Positions 26,560-40,518 of a stretch of DNA of 64,000 nucleotides are shown piece after piece. Source of the DNA: Vicugna vicugna (Eukaryota); assembly GCA_013265495.1 (NCBI GenBank), contig MU058824.1:124001-188000 (forward strand). Reading direction: 5' to 3'. Positions within the stretch are counted from its first letter, which is position 1. Each line of letters starts with the position of its first letter. Below the pieces are notes generated by a model. That model saw only the letters and a program-made list of their open reading frames with translations. It was not told where the DNA came from and searched no databases. The translations under genes and the position numbers were made by a program.

Positions 26560-27320
26560 TGAAAAGCCACACAACAGGCAAAGCCACATTAGGGATCATA
26601 CCCTCAATGTAAATAGGAGATAGTATTCTTAATACAAATAAGTAATATAAATCAGGAAGAAAAGGTTGATATAATGGGAAAATGGGAAGCTGACTTTTCT
26701 TATTCACATAAAATACAAGCAATAAGTATGTGAAAAGATATTTAAACTCACTAATAGTAAAAGACAGGTTAAAACTCAAGATTTTTTTTCTTGTTGATGA
26801 CTAACAAAGAGTTAAAAGAAATGACAAAACTAAGCACTATAAATTTATATGTTTGGGGAGGGCAATTTGACTATGTATCAAAAACGTTTAAAATATTTAT
26901 CCTTTAATCTAGCAATTCCATGTATTGGAATTTTTCCTAAAGAAATAATTGGACAGGTGCGCAAAATGTATATATAGATATTCATCACAGCCTTTTTATA
27001 AGAATTAATATAATCTAAATGTCCATCTGTGGGAACTAAAATATGGTACCTCTTTGTACAATGAAGTATGCAGCTTTAATAATGATGATTAGATTAGTGT
27101 TTACTGACATGATAAAAGGATACTACCAATTATGTATAAGAAAATCCTATTTTTCTAAAATAGGTGTGTGTGTACACATCTGCAGGGAAAAAAAGTCCAG
27201 AAGCATAGACAGAAATATATTAGCAGTGACTATCTCTGGAAGATGGGCTTATGAATAAAAGATCCCTGTCCTTTATAATTTTCTGAATTGTCCAAATTTT
27301 TTTCAGTGAAAATGTTTTCT
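26560..27320 (+). mobile_element. L1ME-like 3' region
   Basis: aaaagatatttaaactcactaatagtaa...tctagcaattcc...tctaaatgtccatc motifs. Confidence 0.6.
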
Positions 27321-27871
27321 ATCCCTTTCAAAAGCAATTTCCTTTTAAATTAGCCTTTCATCATGCTTTCTATATAAATGCACCTTTATAACATTTTATT
27401 AAGGATGGCTTCAAACCTCTAAACTGTGCAGTGGCCTGGCAATTGTTCCAGCTAAAATTCAGCTGGCTTCCAAATCAGGTGTGATCTCGGGTTCCTGACT
27501 GCCAAGCCACAGCTGAAGGCTCCTCCTCAGACCACTCCATCAGCAGCCTCTCAGCTAAGCTTGACCTCCTCAATGCTTCTTTCCTGCCTTGTGTTTTGGT
27601 TCTCCCAACCCCAGTATTTTGCCTTTCATTTTCATCTGATGGCTAACCATAGGCCAGGCAGAAATAATAAAAGGAGACTATCCTTAAATAAAAAGCAAAA
27701 TCTCTACGGCCATAAGTCAGAGATAATTCACTTCTGCATCTTTTTCCAAACCAGGTAAGAAAAATTCGACACAGATTTCTCAAAAGTTTTCAAATTCAAA
27801 AGGACTCTACTTCAGAAACAGAAGTTCTCTGGCTTCAGTCATCCAATCTCAGAGAGGAAAAAAGATCTTAG

Positions 27872-28061
27872 GAGGTACAAACTGCCATATATAAAATAAA
27901 TAAGCTACAAGGATATATTGTACAGCACAGGGAATATAGCCAACATTTTAGAATAACTTTAAATAAAGTATAATCTATAAAAATTTTGAATCCCTATGTT
28001 ATACACCTGAAACTAATACTGTAAATCAGCTATACCTCAATAAAATTTTTTAAGTAAAAAT
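27872..28061 (+). mobile_element. 5'-truncated L1 3' end (L1MA/laurasiatherian type) with TSD
   Basis: tataaaataaataagctacaaggatatattgtacagcacagggaatatagcc...tacacctgaaactaat...caataaaa; flanked by aaaagatcttag (27860-27871) and aaaaaatcttag (28062-28073). Confidence 0.85.
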
Positions 28062-28297
28062 AAAAAATCTTAGTGGTCATCTAATAGAACCCCCATTACA
28101 TGCTTTAATAGTGGTGACCCCAAAAGGTCAGATAGTGTAAGAGTGTGGGGCCCACTACATAAAAACCACCCAGAGAGTTTTAAAAGAATGAATTTCTGAA
28201 TACCACGCCAAGACATTCAAGTATCCCTTATTTTTATTTTCATGTTCTCTAAGTAACTCAGATGCATTGCCAGTTTGGAAACCCCTGGCCTAACCTT

Positions 28298-28740
28298 ATC
28301 AGTCAGCTGTTGCTCCATAGCAAACAACCACAAAATGTCAGCAACATGCCATAATAAACATTCATTTCTCACATGTCTGGGGATTGACTGTCTGTAGGCT
28401 TGGCTGGATGGCTCTGCTCTAAACTGCCGGTTCAGCGGGGTGTGGCTCCTGTGTGTAGATTGAGTTCTGTTCTTCTGCAGGAATATTCGCTTTGGGGCCC
28501 CAGCTGAAGGAGCAGCACCTGCCAAGGAGGAACTCTTTTCACGGAGGTGGCAGTGGTACAAGGGACTTGCCCACCTGTGCAAACGCTTTTCACACCTCTG
28601 TTTGTACATGTCTGCTAACATCCCACGGGCTAAAGCGAGTATCATAGCTGAGCCCAAAGACAAAGAAGTAGAGAAGTCTATTCTTATGGAGGTAAGAGCC
28701 AGTGAATATAGAATGAATATTTCTTAACAATAATCTATCA
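28298..28740 (-). mobile_element. MaLR LTR (MLT1-family)
   Basis: tcagtcagctgttgct...caaccacaaaat...aataaacattcatttctcac, reverse complement of an MLT1 3' end. Confidence 0.65.
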
Positions 28741-30549
28741 GCGATCCTATGCTTGAACACCATTAGTTACGCTCTATCAGAATGTTTTCAGTTCCAAGTA
28801 ACAGAAAAACCTCACCCAAATTAGCTTAAACAAGAAAAGACTTACTGGCTCAGGTTTAAAAAAAATAAAGCCAGAAGTAGTACCTTCGCCTGAGTTGGTT
28901 TTGTTCTCAGTAAAGCTTCACTCATGGAAAACATTGCATTCCTTCAAGAAATCTCTGTGAGCATCAGGATGCATGCTAAGCATCACAGCAGCCTCAGGGG
29001 CAAGAGATAGTCCCGCCTGGCTGTCGGCAGGGGTGGGAATAGGGCAGCAGGGGGAGATATCTAAAAATTTATTCATTACAACTCAATGTGATAAACACTA
29101 AATAGAAATGGAGGGGGTAGGGGGCCGGGGGAACAGTAGTAAATGGAAAATCCTACTTCACACTTCCTGCCCAGCCAAAATTCTGGCTTTTCTGGACCTC
29201 CTGCTGGAGGGTCTAGCAGCATAATGAAGCCTTGATAAGTGGTAATGAGACACTCTGGGACTGACAAATTGGCCCTGGTAGGAGAGAATCACAGTACTTG
29301 AGTTCAGTCCAGAAACATTGGAATGATTTATGGTGTAGCACCGGTGCAGTTGTGAGACTGACCTCTGGCCCATCTTGAGAAATTGGACCCCACTTCCTAG
29401 AGAGAGGGGTCTTTTTTAAAAAAATGGGAAGAGTGGATAACGTCATTCATTCATTCATTCAGCAGATTTATACTGAAGGTCTACTCCTCGTCCCTGAAAA
29501 TACAGTGATGAGTACAACAGGCCTGCATAATGGGGACAGAGAACAAGGTCAAGTTGTTTTAAACTTCATTCGAGAAACATTTACTGAGCACCTACTCTGA
29601 TCTGTATACTGAGAGATAATCTACATGCTGAGAAACTGCAGTGAACAAAATGAAGTCTCTGCATCTCATAGAACTTATAGCCTAGTAGGGGAGACCCCAT
29701 AATAATATTGGAAGAGAATAATTGTTGGGTTGAGCCATAACAATGGTAACTATAATTCACTGAAGACCTGCTACATCCCAGATACTGCGAGGCACTTCAT
29801 ATTTGTTGTCACTAATCTTTCCACCAACACTGTTGGTAGGTACTGGTTCCATTTTGTAGATGAAGAAACTGAGGCTCACGAGATTAAGTGAACTACCTAA
29901 ACCACGAAGCTAGGAAGTTGGAGTCACCTGGCCCCATTGACTCCAAAGCCTCATCACATCCTGCAGCATCATCACCTGACATAAGATAGAGCAAAGATTG
30001 GCACCATTAGGACTACAGCCACCAAGGAGTGTGCACCAGCCATCCTGAACCCTTTTGTTGGGACTTCTTGTGATTACATGCAGGGATTATTGTGATTACA
30101 TTGCTTGTAATTACAACTCTGGTTGAATGCACCATTATTGTTACCCACATCGCCTTAATGGTCCTCAATTATGTAGATGGGCAAAAGCCAAGGAGGCAAG
30201 GGTTACAGATATCTGAACAAAAAGTGCTATGGGAATCCAACAAGGTAGCTTCACTCTGCCTGGAGGAGAGCAGGCTTCACCGCTATAATTCTGTCAATTT
30301 GAAAGGCTTCTCACCCAAACAGTCCCTGTGAGTGGGTAGACAGACTGAGGAGGCATCTCTGGGTTTTTCCTGCAGGTCTTCTTGTCATTCAATTGTTCGG
30401 TATTGCTCTGAATACAAAATTAAGATCTTTTCCATCTTTCAGCAAATGGAAATTTTCAGCTGCAATTCAAAAATTTCTCCAAGGGTTTAACTCATAAAGG
30501 AATGTACCAAAGAACTAGCTTCTCTGACAAAGACAATCACATATAAATT

Positions 30550-30810
30550 GTAGTATGAGGTATAGCATAGTAATTAAGAGTGTAAGCTCTGGAACTAAAC
30601 CATCTGGTTTTGCATCTTAATTCTGCCACTTGCTAGCTTAATGACCTTGGTCAAGTTACTTCAGTCCTCTGTGCCTCAGTTTCATAATCTGTAACATGGA
30701 GATAAAATTTTTATTTGCTTCATAGAGTATTGTAAGGATAAAATGTGTTTTGTAGGTGAAGTGCTGAGAACAATGCTTATTTCATTGTAAGTATTCAATA
30801 AATAATTGGC
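30550..30810 (+). mobile_element. MIR SINE (near full length)
   Basis: gaccttggtcaagttacttcagtcctctgtgcctcagtttcataatctgtaacatgg. Confidence 0.85.
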
Positions 30811-30844
30811 TAGAAGTAGTAGCATAATAAGCAAATAAATATTA

Positions 30845-31080
30845 GCTATTATGAGTGGCAGTAGCCATTAACTGCATTAGTATACCAGGCTAAGAGCTCC
30901 ACATGTATTATCTAATATAATGCTCTCAAAAACCCAATGAGGAAGGTGCTATTATTAACCTCATTCTGTAGATGAGAAAACTGAGGTTTGGAGAAGTTAA
31001 TTATTTGTCCCACGTTACACAGCTAGTGGGCAGCAGGACCGGGACCCAAAGCAAGGTCTATCTGACTCCAAAGCCTCTGG
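30845..31080 (-). mobile_element. MIR SINE
   Basis: cattctgtagatgagaaaactgagg...acacagctagt...ctgactccaaagcc. Confidence 0.85.
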
Positions 31081-31989
31081 TCACCCTAAGAGTTAAAGGT
31101 GGCAGTCTTTAAAGAGCTCATCTGAGCCAGCTAGCTACAAGAGAGACTGCAGGAGGGCAGTCCAGTGACTGGCAGGGCCAGCTAAGCTACTGGAAGGGAA
31201 GGTTGTAACAATCAGCCAGGTGGGTCAAAGCGGAGAGACACGAGGTTACAGGCAAGAGCCTGGGAACTTGAGAATGGCATCCATTGGGCTAAGAATCATG
31301 AAAGAGAAAGAAAGCAAGGAGTTAAATACACAGAGGAATTAGAGTGAGTTGAATGGAGCTAAATAATTCTATTTCACCACTGTGTATGTTTAAGTATGTC
31401 AGCTTGACTCTGTATGTACACATATGTACTGAGCATATGTCATTTGCCTGTGTGTATATATGTAATGAGTGTATCAGCTTGCCTCTGTACATATGCAGAA
31501 GTGCCAAGCATATGTCCTTTTCCTCTCTGTGTACACATAGAAGGAATGAGTATATATAAGGTTGCCTCCATGAGACTGTATATGCATGCGTATTTGAGTG
31601 TGACAGCTGGGCCCTGGGTTTGTATGAGCACATTTACATGTATCCATGCACACATTACTGTATAGAGCATCATCTGTACGTGTACATGTAAGCTTGAATT
31701 GAGTCAGTGGTTTTCTACCTACTCTCCCTTGGCAACCAGTTGAAAATTATTCCCTATAGACTGACGGCCTCAGCACTCAGCATCAGGGTCAATATAGTTA
31801 GACTTGGCACTTCATCTGGGTTCCTAATTAAGGGAGTTATAAAGGTGAAAGAGCAAGACCACGTTCTATAGCTGCTTCTCTCAAAGCAGAACAATAGTGC
31901 TGAGACTCTGGGCAGCTCTCATCGTGGTGGCTTCAACAACAATGGGAGCAGGGGCAGGGCAGGGCATGGAGAGTGGTGACAGTAGCACC

Positions 31990-33900
31990 ATTCATCCAAC
32001 AGTACTTCGAGATTGCCCATTACGTGCCAGGCAACCGTGTTAGGCAGTGAGGATGCAGAGGTGACCAGATAGACACAGTCCCTGTCCTACAGTCTAACAG
32101 GGAGTCAGACTTTAAACAGTTATAATTATGAAGGATTTTGCAAAGGATGTGTGAAAGCATCAGATGGGGACCCCTAATGTCCTTAGGGTTGGATCCTAGT
32201 ATCAAGGAAAGCTCTCGCTAAGAAGTGATATTTAAGCTATGGCTGGAAGACTGATGAAGAGTTAGAGGCAGGTAGAGAGGGAACAGTATGAAGAAAGTTC
32301 AGCATGTAAAAATGATAAAGAATGATAAAGTTTAAGAAACAGAGAAAAGACAGCTGTGGTTGAAGCCTGGAGAGCGAGGAAGCAAATGACACAAAGGATG
32401 AATGAAGTTAGAGACCAAATTACACAGGGCCTTTTAAGCCAGGATAGGGATTCAGACTTGACCCTATGATTATGAACAGGGAATAACCTGCCCAGATTTG
32501 TGTTTTTAAAAGATTACTTAGTTAAATATATGAAACGTGTATGTTAATTATAACTCAGTGACGCTGTTGAAAGAAATCACTTGAGCTGCAGTGTGCAGAC
32601 TGGATTGACTGGAAAGGCAAAATGTTCCCAAGAAAACCAGGAGAGAGCTGCAGCAGTCTGGGTGAGTGACGGGGTTGGCTTGAACTAGGGAAGATGGGGA
32701 CAAGTAAGTGAATTAGAGAGATTAAGGAGGTAAAATTAACAGAATTTGGGGACTGACTAGGTATGGGAGCCGAGGGAGAGGAAGTATCAAGCCAGGGTCA
32801 TTCCTAGGTTCAAGGACATTTACTAAAATAGCCATCCCTGGAGAAGAAGCAGGTTTGGAGAGAGGATGATGAGTTCAGCTGCAGGCACATTGAGTTTGAG
32901 GGGACCAGCGAGCATCTGTACTGAGCCATCCAGTAGCAGTTGGATTTATAAATCTGGTGCTCGTAAGAGATTTACACTGGACACTAAGTGTGGGAGTCAT
33001 CAGAGGAAAAATTAAACTCATGGAGGTGGATATGATGACTTGAAAGTGTGCAAGATAAGTGTTGACCCCTGAACAACATACGTTTGAACTGTAAACATAC
33101 GTTTACATACATTTGAACTCTCTTAAGAAAGTTTTTTTAAATAGGTTAAGTTTTTTTCAGTAAATAGGTATTAAAGAAATACACCATATGAGGTTAGTTG
33201 AATCCCTGGGTGCAGAACTGTGAATACAGGGGGCCAACTGTAAAGTAATACTTGGATTGTCAACTGTGAGGAGGGTTGGTCCCCCTAACCTCAGTGTTGT
33301 TCAAGGATCACCTGTACTGTGAAATTAGAAGAGGGCCTAGGCTGAAGCCCTGAGGAACTCCAACGGAGGGAACTGTGAAAGGACTGCCAGAAAATTAAGA
33401 GGAAAACCAGGAAAGAATGGGGTCACAGTGACCAAGGAACAAAAGTGTTTTAAGAAGGAGGACATGGTCAACTGGTCAAATACTGCTAACAGGTCAAGGA
33501 GGATGAGTGCTGAATAACATCTAATGGATATAGTCACTTGAAGTCATCAGTGATCTTAGCAAGAGCCGTTTGGTAAAGTGGTTGGGGCAGGATCCAGGCT
33601 GGAGCCTTCTGAGACATGAGTAGGAAATAGGAAGTGGAGACACAACATTTGGACAGCTTGGCTGTGAAGACAGGAAGAGAAACAAAGCTAGAGGTGACTG
33701 GGTGGAGGATGGACTTTTTGAGATGAGACTGTAAAATATTTAAACAATGATGACAAAGAGCCTGGGGTGGGGGAGTTGACTATACACAAACCAAGACAGG
33801 AAAAAGGATAATCAGCAGTGTAAGATTCTCAAGAAAACAAGGAGGGATGGAATTCAAAGCACAGATGGAGGGACTCACTTTTGAGAGATGGTTTCTTCTT
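31990..33900 (-). mobile_element. L2 LINE including RT relic, interrupted by a Tigger MITE
   Basis: L2 3' motifs (gtgccaggca...acacagtccctgtcc); ORF 33337-33537 contains SALILLDLLAVFD, resembling L2 RT LILLDLSAAFD. Confidence 0.75.
33059..33314. mobile_element. Tigger2-family MITE (MER8/Tigger2a-like)
   Basis: Ends gttgacccctgaacaac ... gttgttcaaggatcacctg(ta): inverted termini of Tigger2 type. Confidence 0.8.
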
Positions 33901-34679
33901 TGTCACAGGAGGGAAGGTACAGGGAATGGAGGCTGACACGGGGGGTGTAGGTATGCTGTTGAAATACTGAGGAAGTTCCTGGATCTCAGCTTCAATGTTG
34001 TCTGAAGAGAAAGAGGGGGTAGGATAGAGTGGAGATGGTGGGGGAGGGGCTGCATCAAAAGGTGGCTTAAAGTGGCTTTAGCTCCACTATAATCTCTGTC
34101 AGCTCTCTCTTTGACCTTCCATCCCAATCTTCATTACCATCTTTGTTGTGAGCAGGTGCATTCTCTCAATCTTATGTAAAAAGTTACTTTAAAAAAACAA
34201 ACGACCTATGACATGCAACATATACAACAGATACCACCTCAAATCAAGTGCCCTGACCCCTCCCTTTCAACCAGATTGTTGCCCCAAGTCCCAACTACAC
34301 AGAAATTTGAGGTCAGATGTAAGAAAGGTGGGGAAAATTTGAAGTGGTCATTGATGATTAGGGGAGAGAAAGCACATGATTTTCCCCGGTAGAGCTCAGA
34401 AGAGATGGACAGCACCAGAGGCAGAGACACCACAGATACCCTGAAGCAGGGGTGCTTAGGAGAAGGAAGTCAGGAGTCTTTTCTCTCAGGTGGGCATTTA
34501 TCAGCATTGGGGAAAAAACAACCCCTCCTTCTGCTCACCTATGGCTCAGGAGTTCTAAGGGAGATGGTCCCTTGAGAAAGTTGAAACAAGGTGGACCCTG
34601 GCTTTCTGAGCAGCCAGTGTGACTTGAAGTGACCTAAATTCAGATGTTCTCTAATCTGGCATACCTTCTTTCCATATAA

Positions 34680-35410
34680 ATGCTGGCAAATGGTCCAGGC
34701 TGATTTAATCACTATTTTGCATTCCCCATGAAATAACTGATTTGAGTAATGATCATCAATGGATGCTAATACCATAGGGTGAAACGTCACAGTCTTAAAG
34801 TATCACCCCACGGATAACTTATTAACTATGAGTGAAAAGAAAACACTTTAAAATGGAGAGAGCTAGCAGATACTGCCTTCATCAAATTTAGTCTCACCAA
34901 TGGTGGGAAGCTTTCAACCACGTGGCTCCTGAAATGATACATGATGTTACCTACAAGACAATCTTGCCAAAGAAGTTTAACCTGAATCTAATCACAAACC
35001 AAGTAAATCCAGAATGTAGGCATATTGACGAGGCCTAGACTTTAAAAGAAATTTAATGTCGTGAAAAACAACAAAGGAGAGAGGTTTGTTCTAGATTAAG
35101 TTAGACTAAAGAGACAAAACAACCAAATAACCAATAAACTTTGATTGGATCTGAGAAAATAAACAGCAAATAAAAGACATTCTTAAGACACCTGGAGAAG
35201 TTTGAATGTAGATGATATTACTGAGTTAATATTAATTTTCTTTGGTGTGATAATAGGATTGTGGTAATGTAGGAGAATGTTCTTATCCTCAGTACATGCA
35301 TGCTAAAGAATTTAGGGTGAAGTGTCATAAAGCCTGCAACTTTCAAGTGGTTGAAAGAGAAAAGCAAACTGTCAACAATGGTGAATCTAGGTGAAGGATA
35401 AAAAAAAAAA
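34680..35410 (+). mobile_element. L1MC/L1ME-like 3'UTR
   Basis: ggattgtggtaatgtaggagaatgttcttatcct...catgctaaagaatttaggggtgaagtgtca, ending in a poly-A. Confidence 0.65.
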
Positions 35411-35879
35411 AGGATTTTTTAAAAATTCAGTGCAGTCTATTGCATTACTTCAAACATTTTTTTTTGCAATGACCTTGAATAGCTTTATGCTTATAAGCAT
35501 AAACTGTGCTTCGTAATATGCTAAATTAGATTGAAATCTTTAAAAGCATCATAGCAAGAAAATTGCTCTGCAAAGCTTTTTAGACATAAAAGAACTTCTA
35601 ATTTGTGTAGGAGTGTAAGTGAAGATTTGGTAAAGTGGGAGAGAGAGCCACGAAATAATAGCAAGAAAACTTTCTGGGAGTGGGAAGACCTTTTGGGTCT
35701 AGCACTTAACCACTGGAGATGTCAGTTTCCTCATCAGCAAAGTGGGGCTAATGGCACTACCTTCATCATTTTGATGTACAGGTACAGGAGACACAGGATA
35801 TGAAAAAACTTAATAAACTGGAAATGGGAACAGAAGTCAAGTGATAAAATTTTGTTATCGTGCTATGGTGATGTCCTGT

Positions 35880-36245
35880 TAGCAGGGGTCCTTGAACTTT
35901 ATTATACCTAACAAGCCATCGGGAAGCTTGTTGAAAGTATAGATTCCCAGTCCTGCCTCAGAGATTCTGATTTCAATAGGTCTAGGTAGGTGCCTAGAAT
36001 TTGCTGTGGGAAAGCACCACATATTCTCTGGTGCAAGATATCTGAAAACACCTAGAGAGCTGCTGTGGAGAGCACTGTGATCTAGAATCCCTGCTCCTCA
36101 ATGTCTGGTCCATGGACCAGTGACATCACTAGCACCTAGAAGCTTGTTAGGAATGCAAAATCTGGTCCTACTCCAGACTTACCTAGTCGGAATCTGCATT
36201 TTCAGTGAGATGCCCAGGTGGGGAAATTAATACCTGAGAGACACT
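35880..36245. mobile_element. MER5-family hAT elements (two adjacent)
   Basis: ggtccatggaccag...agcttgttaggaatgcaaaatc...gaatctgcatttt. Confidence 0.7.
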
Positions 36246-38211
36246 AAAGGGCAAGACTGAGTGATGACCTTTCTTTTTTGCCCTGGTCACTGATTCTCAG
36301 CTTGCTGTCAGACGGAATCGGGGTACCACCTTTGCGGTTGCTGATATCTTTAACCTCATTTAGCTCTTCTCTCTGCTTCTCTTTGTTTCTGGCTCATCAG
36401 TCCTAGCAGGTCTTGATAAACATAACCAGTTATAAACAAATCAAAGCATACTAACTTGGGATCTAAATCCAGTTAAGTGAGGGATGTGATTTTTGTCTTC
36501 CTTTTTATTGTGGTGAAAGAACATAAAATTTACCATCTTGGCCATTTTTAAGTGTAAAGTTCAGTGACATTAAGTACATTCACATTGTTGTGCAACCATC
36601 TCCATAACTTTGGGTATGTGATTTTGAATAAGTCACTTAACCTCTCCAAGCTTCATTTCATTATCTTTATAAAATATGAGTCACATTACCTATTCCTCCA
36701 GATTATTTTAAGAATAAAATGAAATAATAAATGAACATGCTTAAGACTCATAGAATATATTCAATAAATGCTAACTTCCTTCCACTTGAAGTAGTTTTTT
36801 CAGGCAGCCCTGGATATTTACAACAGATATTGTCAACTGATAGGAATTTTAAAAGCACATACAAAAATCTATATATTCTGGGCACATTATTGCCTTTTAG
36901 AACAGGGCAATTTGGAAAATAGAAGTATTCTATAATCTATAGAAGTGGACGATTTAAAAGAGCAAAAGTAAACAGCAGCCAATTATTGGGAAATTGTTAG
37001 GAAAATTACATTTCGGGAAGCAACAACCTTTCTGTGCCCATTATATAGAAATTCTTGAATTGCCTATATTTAAACTGTTTTATAAACAGTTTAAGTACAA
37101 TCATTACGCTAATATCAATAACTTTCACAAATGGCACTTTCAACCTTGGGGCTGATCCACTTGGATGCATCATTTGAATCCCATTTATGTACACATTATC
37201 TTGTAAGGAGAACGCTAAATTGAAAACTCGGGTTACATGCACTACATTGAAAAAAATAGTTTAACTTCAGAATTAGACTAATGAGAATAGGGGAAGGGAA
37301 TTTAGAGTTCCTCTCCTTCGACACCCTTATTTTATAAACAAGGAAATTAAATTACAATAGAGTGATGAGTTATCAGCAAAGCTGGAACCAGAGTCCAGGT
37401 TACAGGAGTGCATCCTGATATCACTGGACCTTGAAGGATGGGTGACACTTCGGCAGCATAGGTGATGGGAAGAGGTTGTAGAGAGGCTGAGAGCACTCCA
37501 GGTAGAGGGATCAGCAGAAGTAATTTCACACAGCCTGGCTCTGAAACCGAGAGATGATGAGTGTGTTTAGGGATGTTCACAGAGTGCGGAGGCTGGAAGG
37601 AGAGATTAAGATGAAGTTTTGTGATAGGAGAAGAGAGTCTTGGACTGTCTTGTAACACAGAATATCAGAAGAAAGGTTTAGGGATTTGCGGGGGGAGTTG
37701 ATTTTATAGTTTATGTGTCCCTTTCTTATTTGTATTCTTATATAATCATTATAGGAATCTTGGAAAGTAGGTATTTTACAGATGATGGTCTAATACTCAA
37801 GAGGCCATGTTCTTTGCAAAGCAAAGGTTTGAGCTCAGGCTCTGAACAGAAAGGCTATCTATTCTGATTTTAAAAGCATGAGCTCCAGAGCCAGGCCACT
37901 TGGGTTCAAATCTCTCTGGACCCTAAGAAGCCATGTGACCTTAAGAGAGAAGAATAAGGCTAAAACTTACAGTTTTTGTGCCAGGCTCTGTTCTAAATAT
38001 ATACAACTAAATACTTATTACTCATTTAATCCAACATCCCTATGACATATATTCTATTATTATCACTGTTTAAAAGCCTCCCTCCTCCAAAAAAAAAAAA
38101 AAGAGCAAGAGGAGGGAACAGGGCTGCATTCCCCTCTAGAGTCTCTGTTCCTCGGTTTATAATATACTCTCAATTCCTTGGGATCCCTCTCGTTGCCTTC
38201 CCACTTGTGAC

Positions 38212-38530
38212 ATTGTGGTAGATGAGATAATTGCTCAAAATATTCACATTCTCCCCTCACCTTCTTCGGAGGCGTCTACTTCTTCCCTGTGTCTTCTGGA
38301 TCAGCCACATGACTTGCCCTGGCCAAGGAGATATTAGCAGGTTTCACATTGAAACTTGAAATATGCTTCTACAGGAGGGCTTGCCCTCTCCTACTTCTCC
38401 CGTCTACAGTGAGAAGGGCTTCCCCTGGACAGCTCCTGCCCCCTCAGTCTGGGGCTCAGAGTGACCACATGAGAGCAGATCTGCCCCAGCAGCCCCCCAG
38501 ATTTCCCAATGGCTGAATGACTGGAGTGAC
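38212..38530 (+). mobile_element. MaLR LTR fragment (MLT1)
   Basis: tgtggtagatgagataattgctc...cacatgacttgccctggccaa. Confidence 0.55.
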
Positions 38531-40518
38531 TACCCTCCATTAATGCAGAAAGTGTAGTCCCAGCCCATCCAAAGACACTCTCTGACACTCAAGGATACAA
38601 ATCTAGATACACATGCACCTCACCAGTGGAAGACCAGCCTGAGTTTCCTTTTTGGTCACTCTAGAAGCTAAGCCAGATAATGAGACAAAAAGGAACTGGA
38701 AATTTTTTCTGCTGCTACTTACAGTATTTCCACTATAACAAGTGTCCTTTTCATTAAAAATAACCACTTTCTTTTAAATAACTGGGCTTGGAATTTTTCC
38801 CCAACAAACCCATAAAACAGAAAACTCAAAACCAGAACCTAATTAAATCTCTTAGCAGTCAGCAGGAGTTAAGAAAGGGAGCCCAAGTTTATGGCTGGAG
38901 AACCCCCCCAACTCTGATGGACATCCATGGTGAGTCTGCCCCCTGTCCCCCTTTGGCAGTGCTGTGAGGATATTTTGCAAGTGAAACTGGAGCTGCGATC
39001 CTCTGACTTACAAGAAGCAGGATCACCATTCTGTCCATTCTAATCAGCAGCAAGAGTGAAAGAACCTTCACGCACAATCTGGGCATCTGGATAATATAGA
39101 AATTGAAGTTTTCCACCTAATGATGATAAACTGCACTGTTAGGTTAATAATCAGCTTGCAAACCCAACTATTATATCAGGTAATGGAGGTTCAATAGATA
39201 TGTTCTTTAAAAATCTTCCATAAATCACTCTTCTATAATTGAATCTCATTCGAAATGAACCAAAGGGCTGTTTAAGGAAATGCCATGTTGAAAATTTTCA
39301 CTCACAAAAAAATCACACCCTTGTATCTGCTATGGAAATCCTCTATCTTGGGTGTTCCTAAACCATGGTATATGTAGGTACGTCCCCTACAGGGCAGCAT
39401 CTCTACAGGAGGGCATCCATATCACAATGACAACAATAATGTTAAAATGCTTTACAACAATCACTCTTTATTTCAAAAGTGCTTGACTAACATAGACTAA
39501 TCTTCACAACATTCAAGGGAGGTAGATAAGTATTACACCACTTTCACAGATGGGGAAACTGAGGCAAACATTAGTAAGTCGTGTTGAAGGGCATAATATA
39601 TAGCACAATTAGGAAAAGAATCTGTTGCAGTCACCAATCACTGGTGACCTCTCCCATGACTTCTGAGTCCCACCAACACAAAAGTAGCAGATGCAACATG
39701 GAAGTAGATGGTTGATATTTTGGCTCATCTAACGGCTACATTTCACCTTGTTGATAAATGGCGGCTCTGCTGGTTTTTGGCAAGTATCTCCTTCACACAC
39801 ATTCTCACATGACTCCAACTCTTAAAACAGGGGAGAGTGGAAACTCTTGTGGGAGCAGAAGGAAGGGTTGGAGAAACAGGGCTGGGAAGGAGGAAGACAG
39901 AAGAGAAAACCTGAATGATATAGAAGTAAGGGTGAACAAGAATAAGGGGACCAGCTGGGAAGTAGCCCGACAGAAAGGAAAGCCACAGCAGAAAAGAAGT
40001 GTCATTCCATCTGAACAGATCAGACATCAAGAGATGCTACTGAAAGGGTAATTCTTAGCAATGACATTACAGAGCCACTCTTCATGTCTTTGCCAAATGT
40101 AATTATCAGGTCCTTCTGACATTCCTAAGAGGCAGAACCATTCCTTTCCCCGGGTCTAAACCAAGTGCTGATGTAATTGACCTGACACTGCAGAAGCTGT
40201 TGACAACTGAAATGCACTGCCCCACCATGCCCTCTCTTCTTCCATCCTCGTTCTTGTTTAAAAAAAAAAAAAAAGGCCAATGCATTTTATGATTCTCCTT
40301 GAAAAATTCCTAAGATATTTCCTAATCGTTTTGTGCTTAATAGGGTAGGATTCTATGTTTCAGATTTGTAAAGGGGCTGTAATAGGCAAACATGGGAATT
40401 AACAGCACCTCTTAGCCAAGGCATCTTTACCCATGGGACACATACACACACACAAAAAGAAACCCTGAAATTTGTGGATGCCAACTAGAAAATAATTGGA
40501 GCTCAAGGTAAAGATACC

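Noticed and set aside
28217..28663. 148-aa ORF
   Set aside because: Lies within MLT1 LTR and MER5-like sequence; no protein similarity evident.
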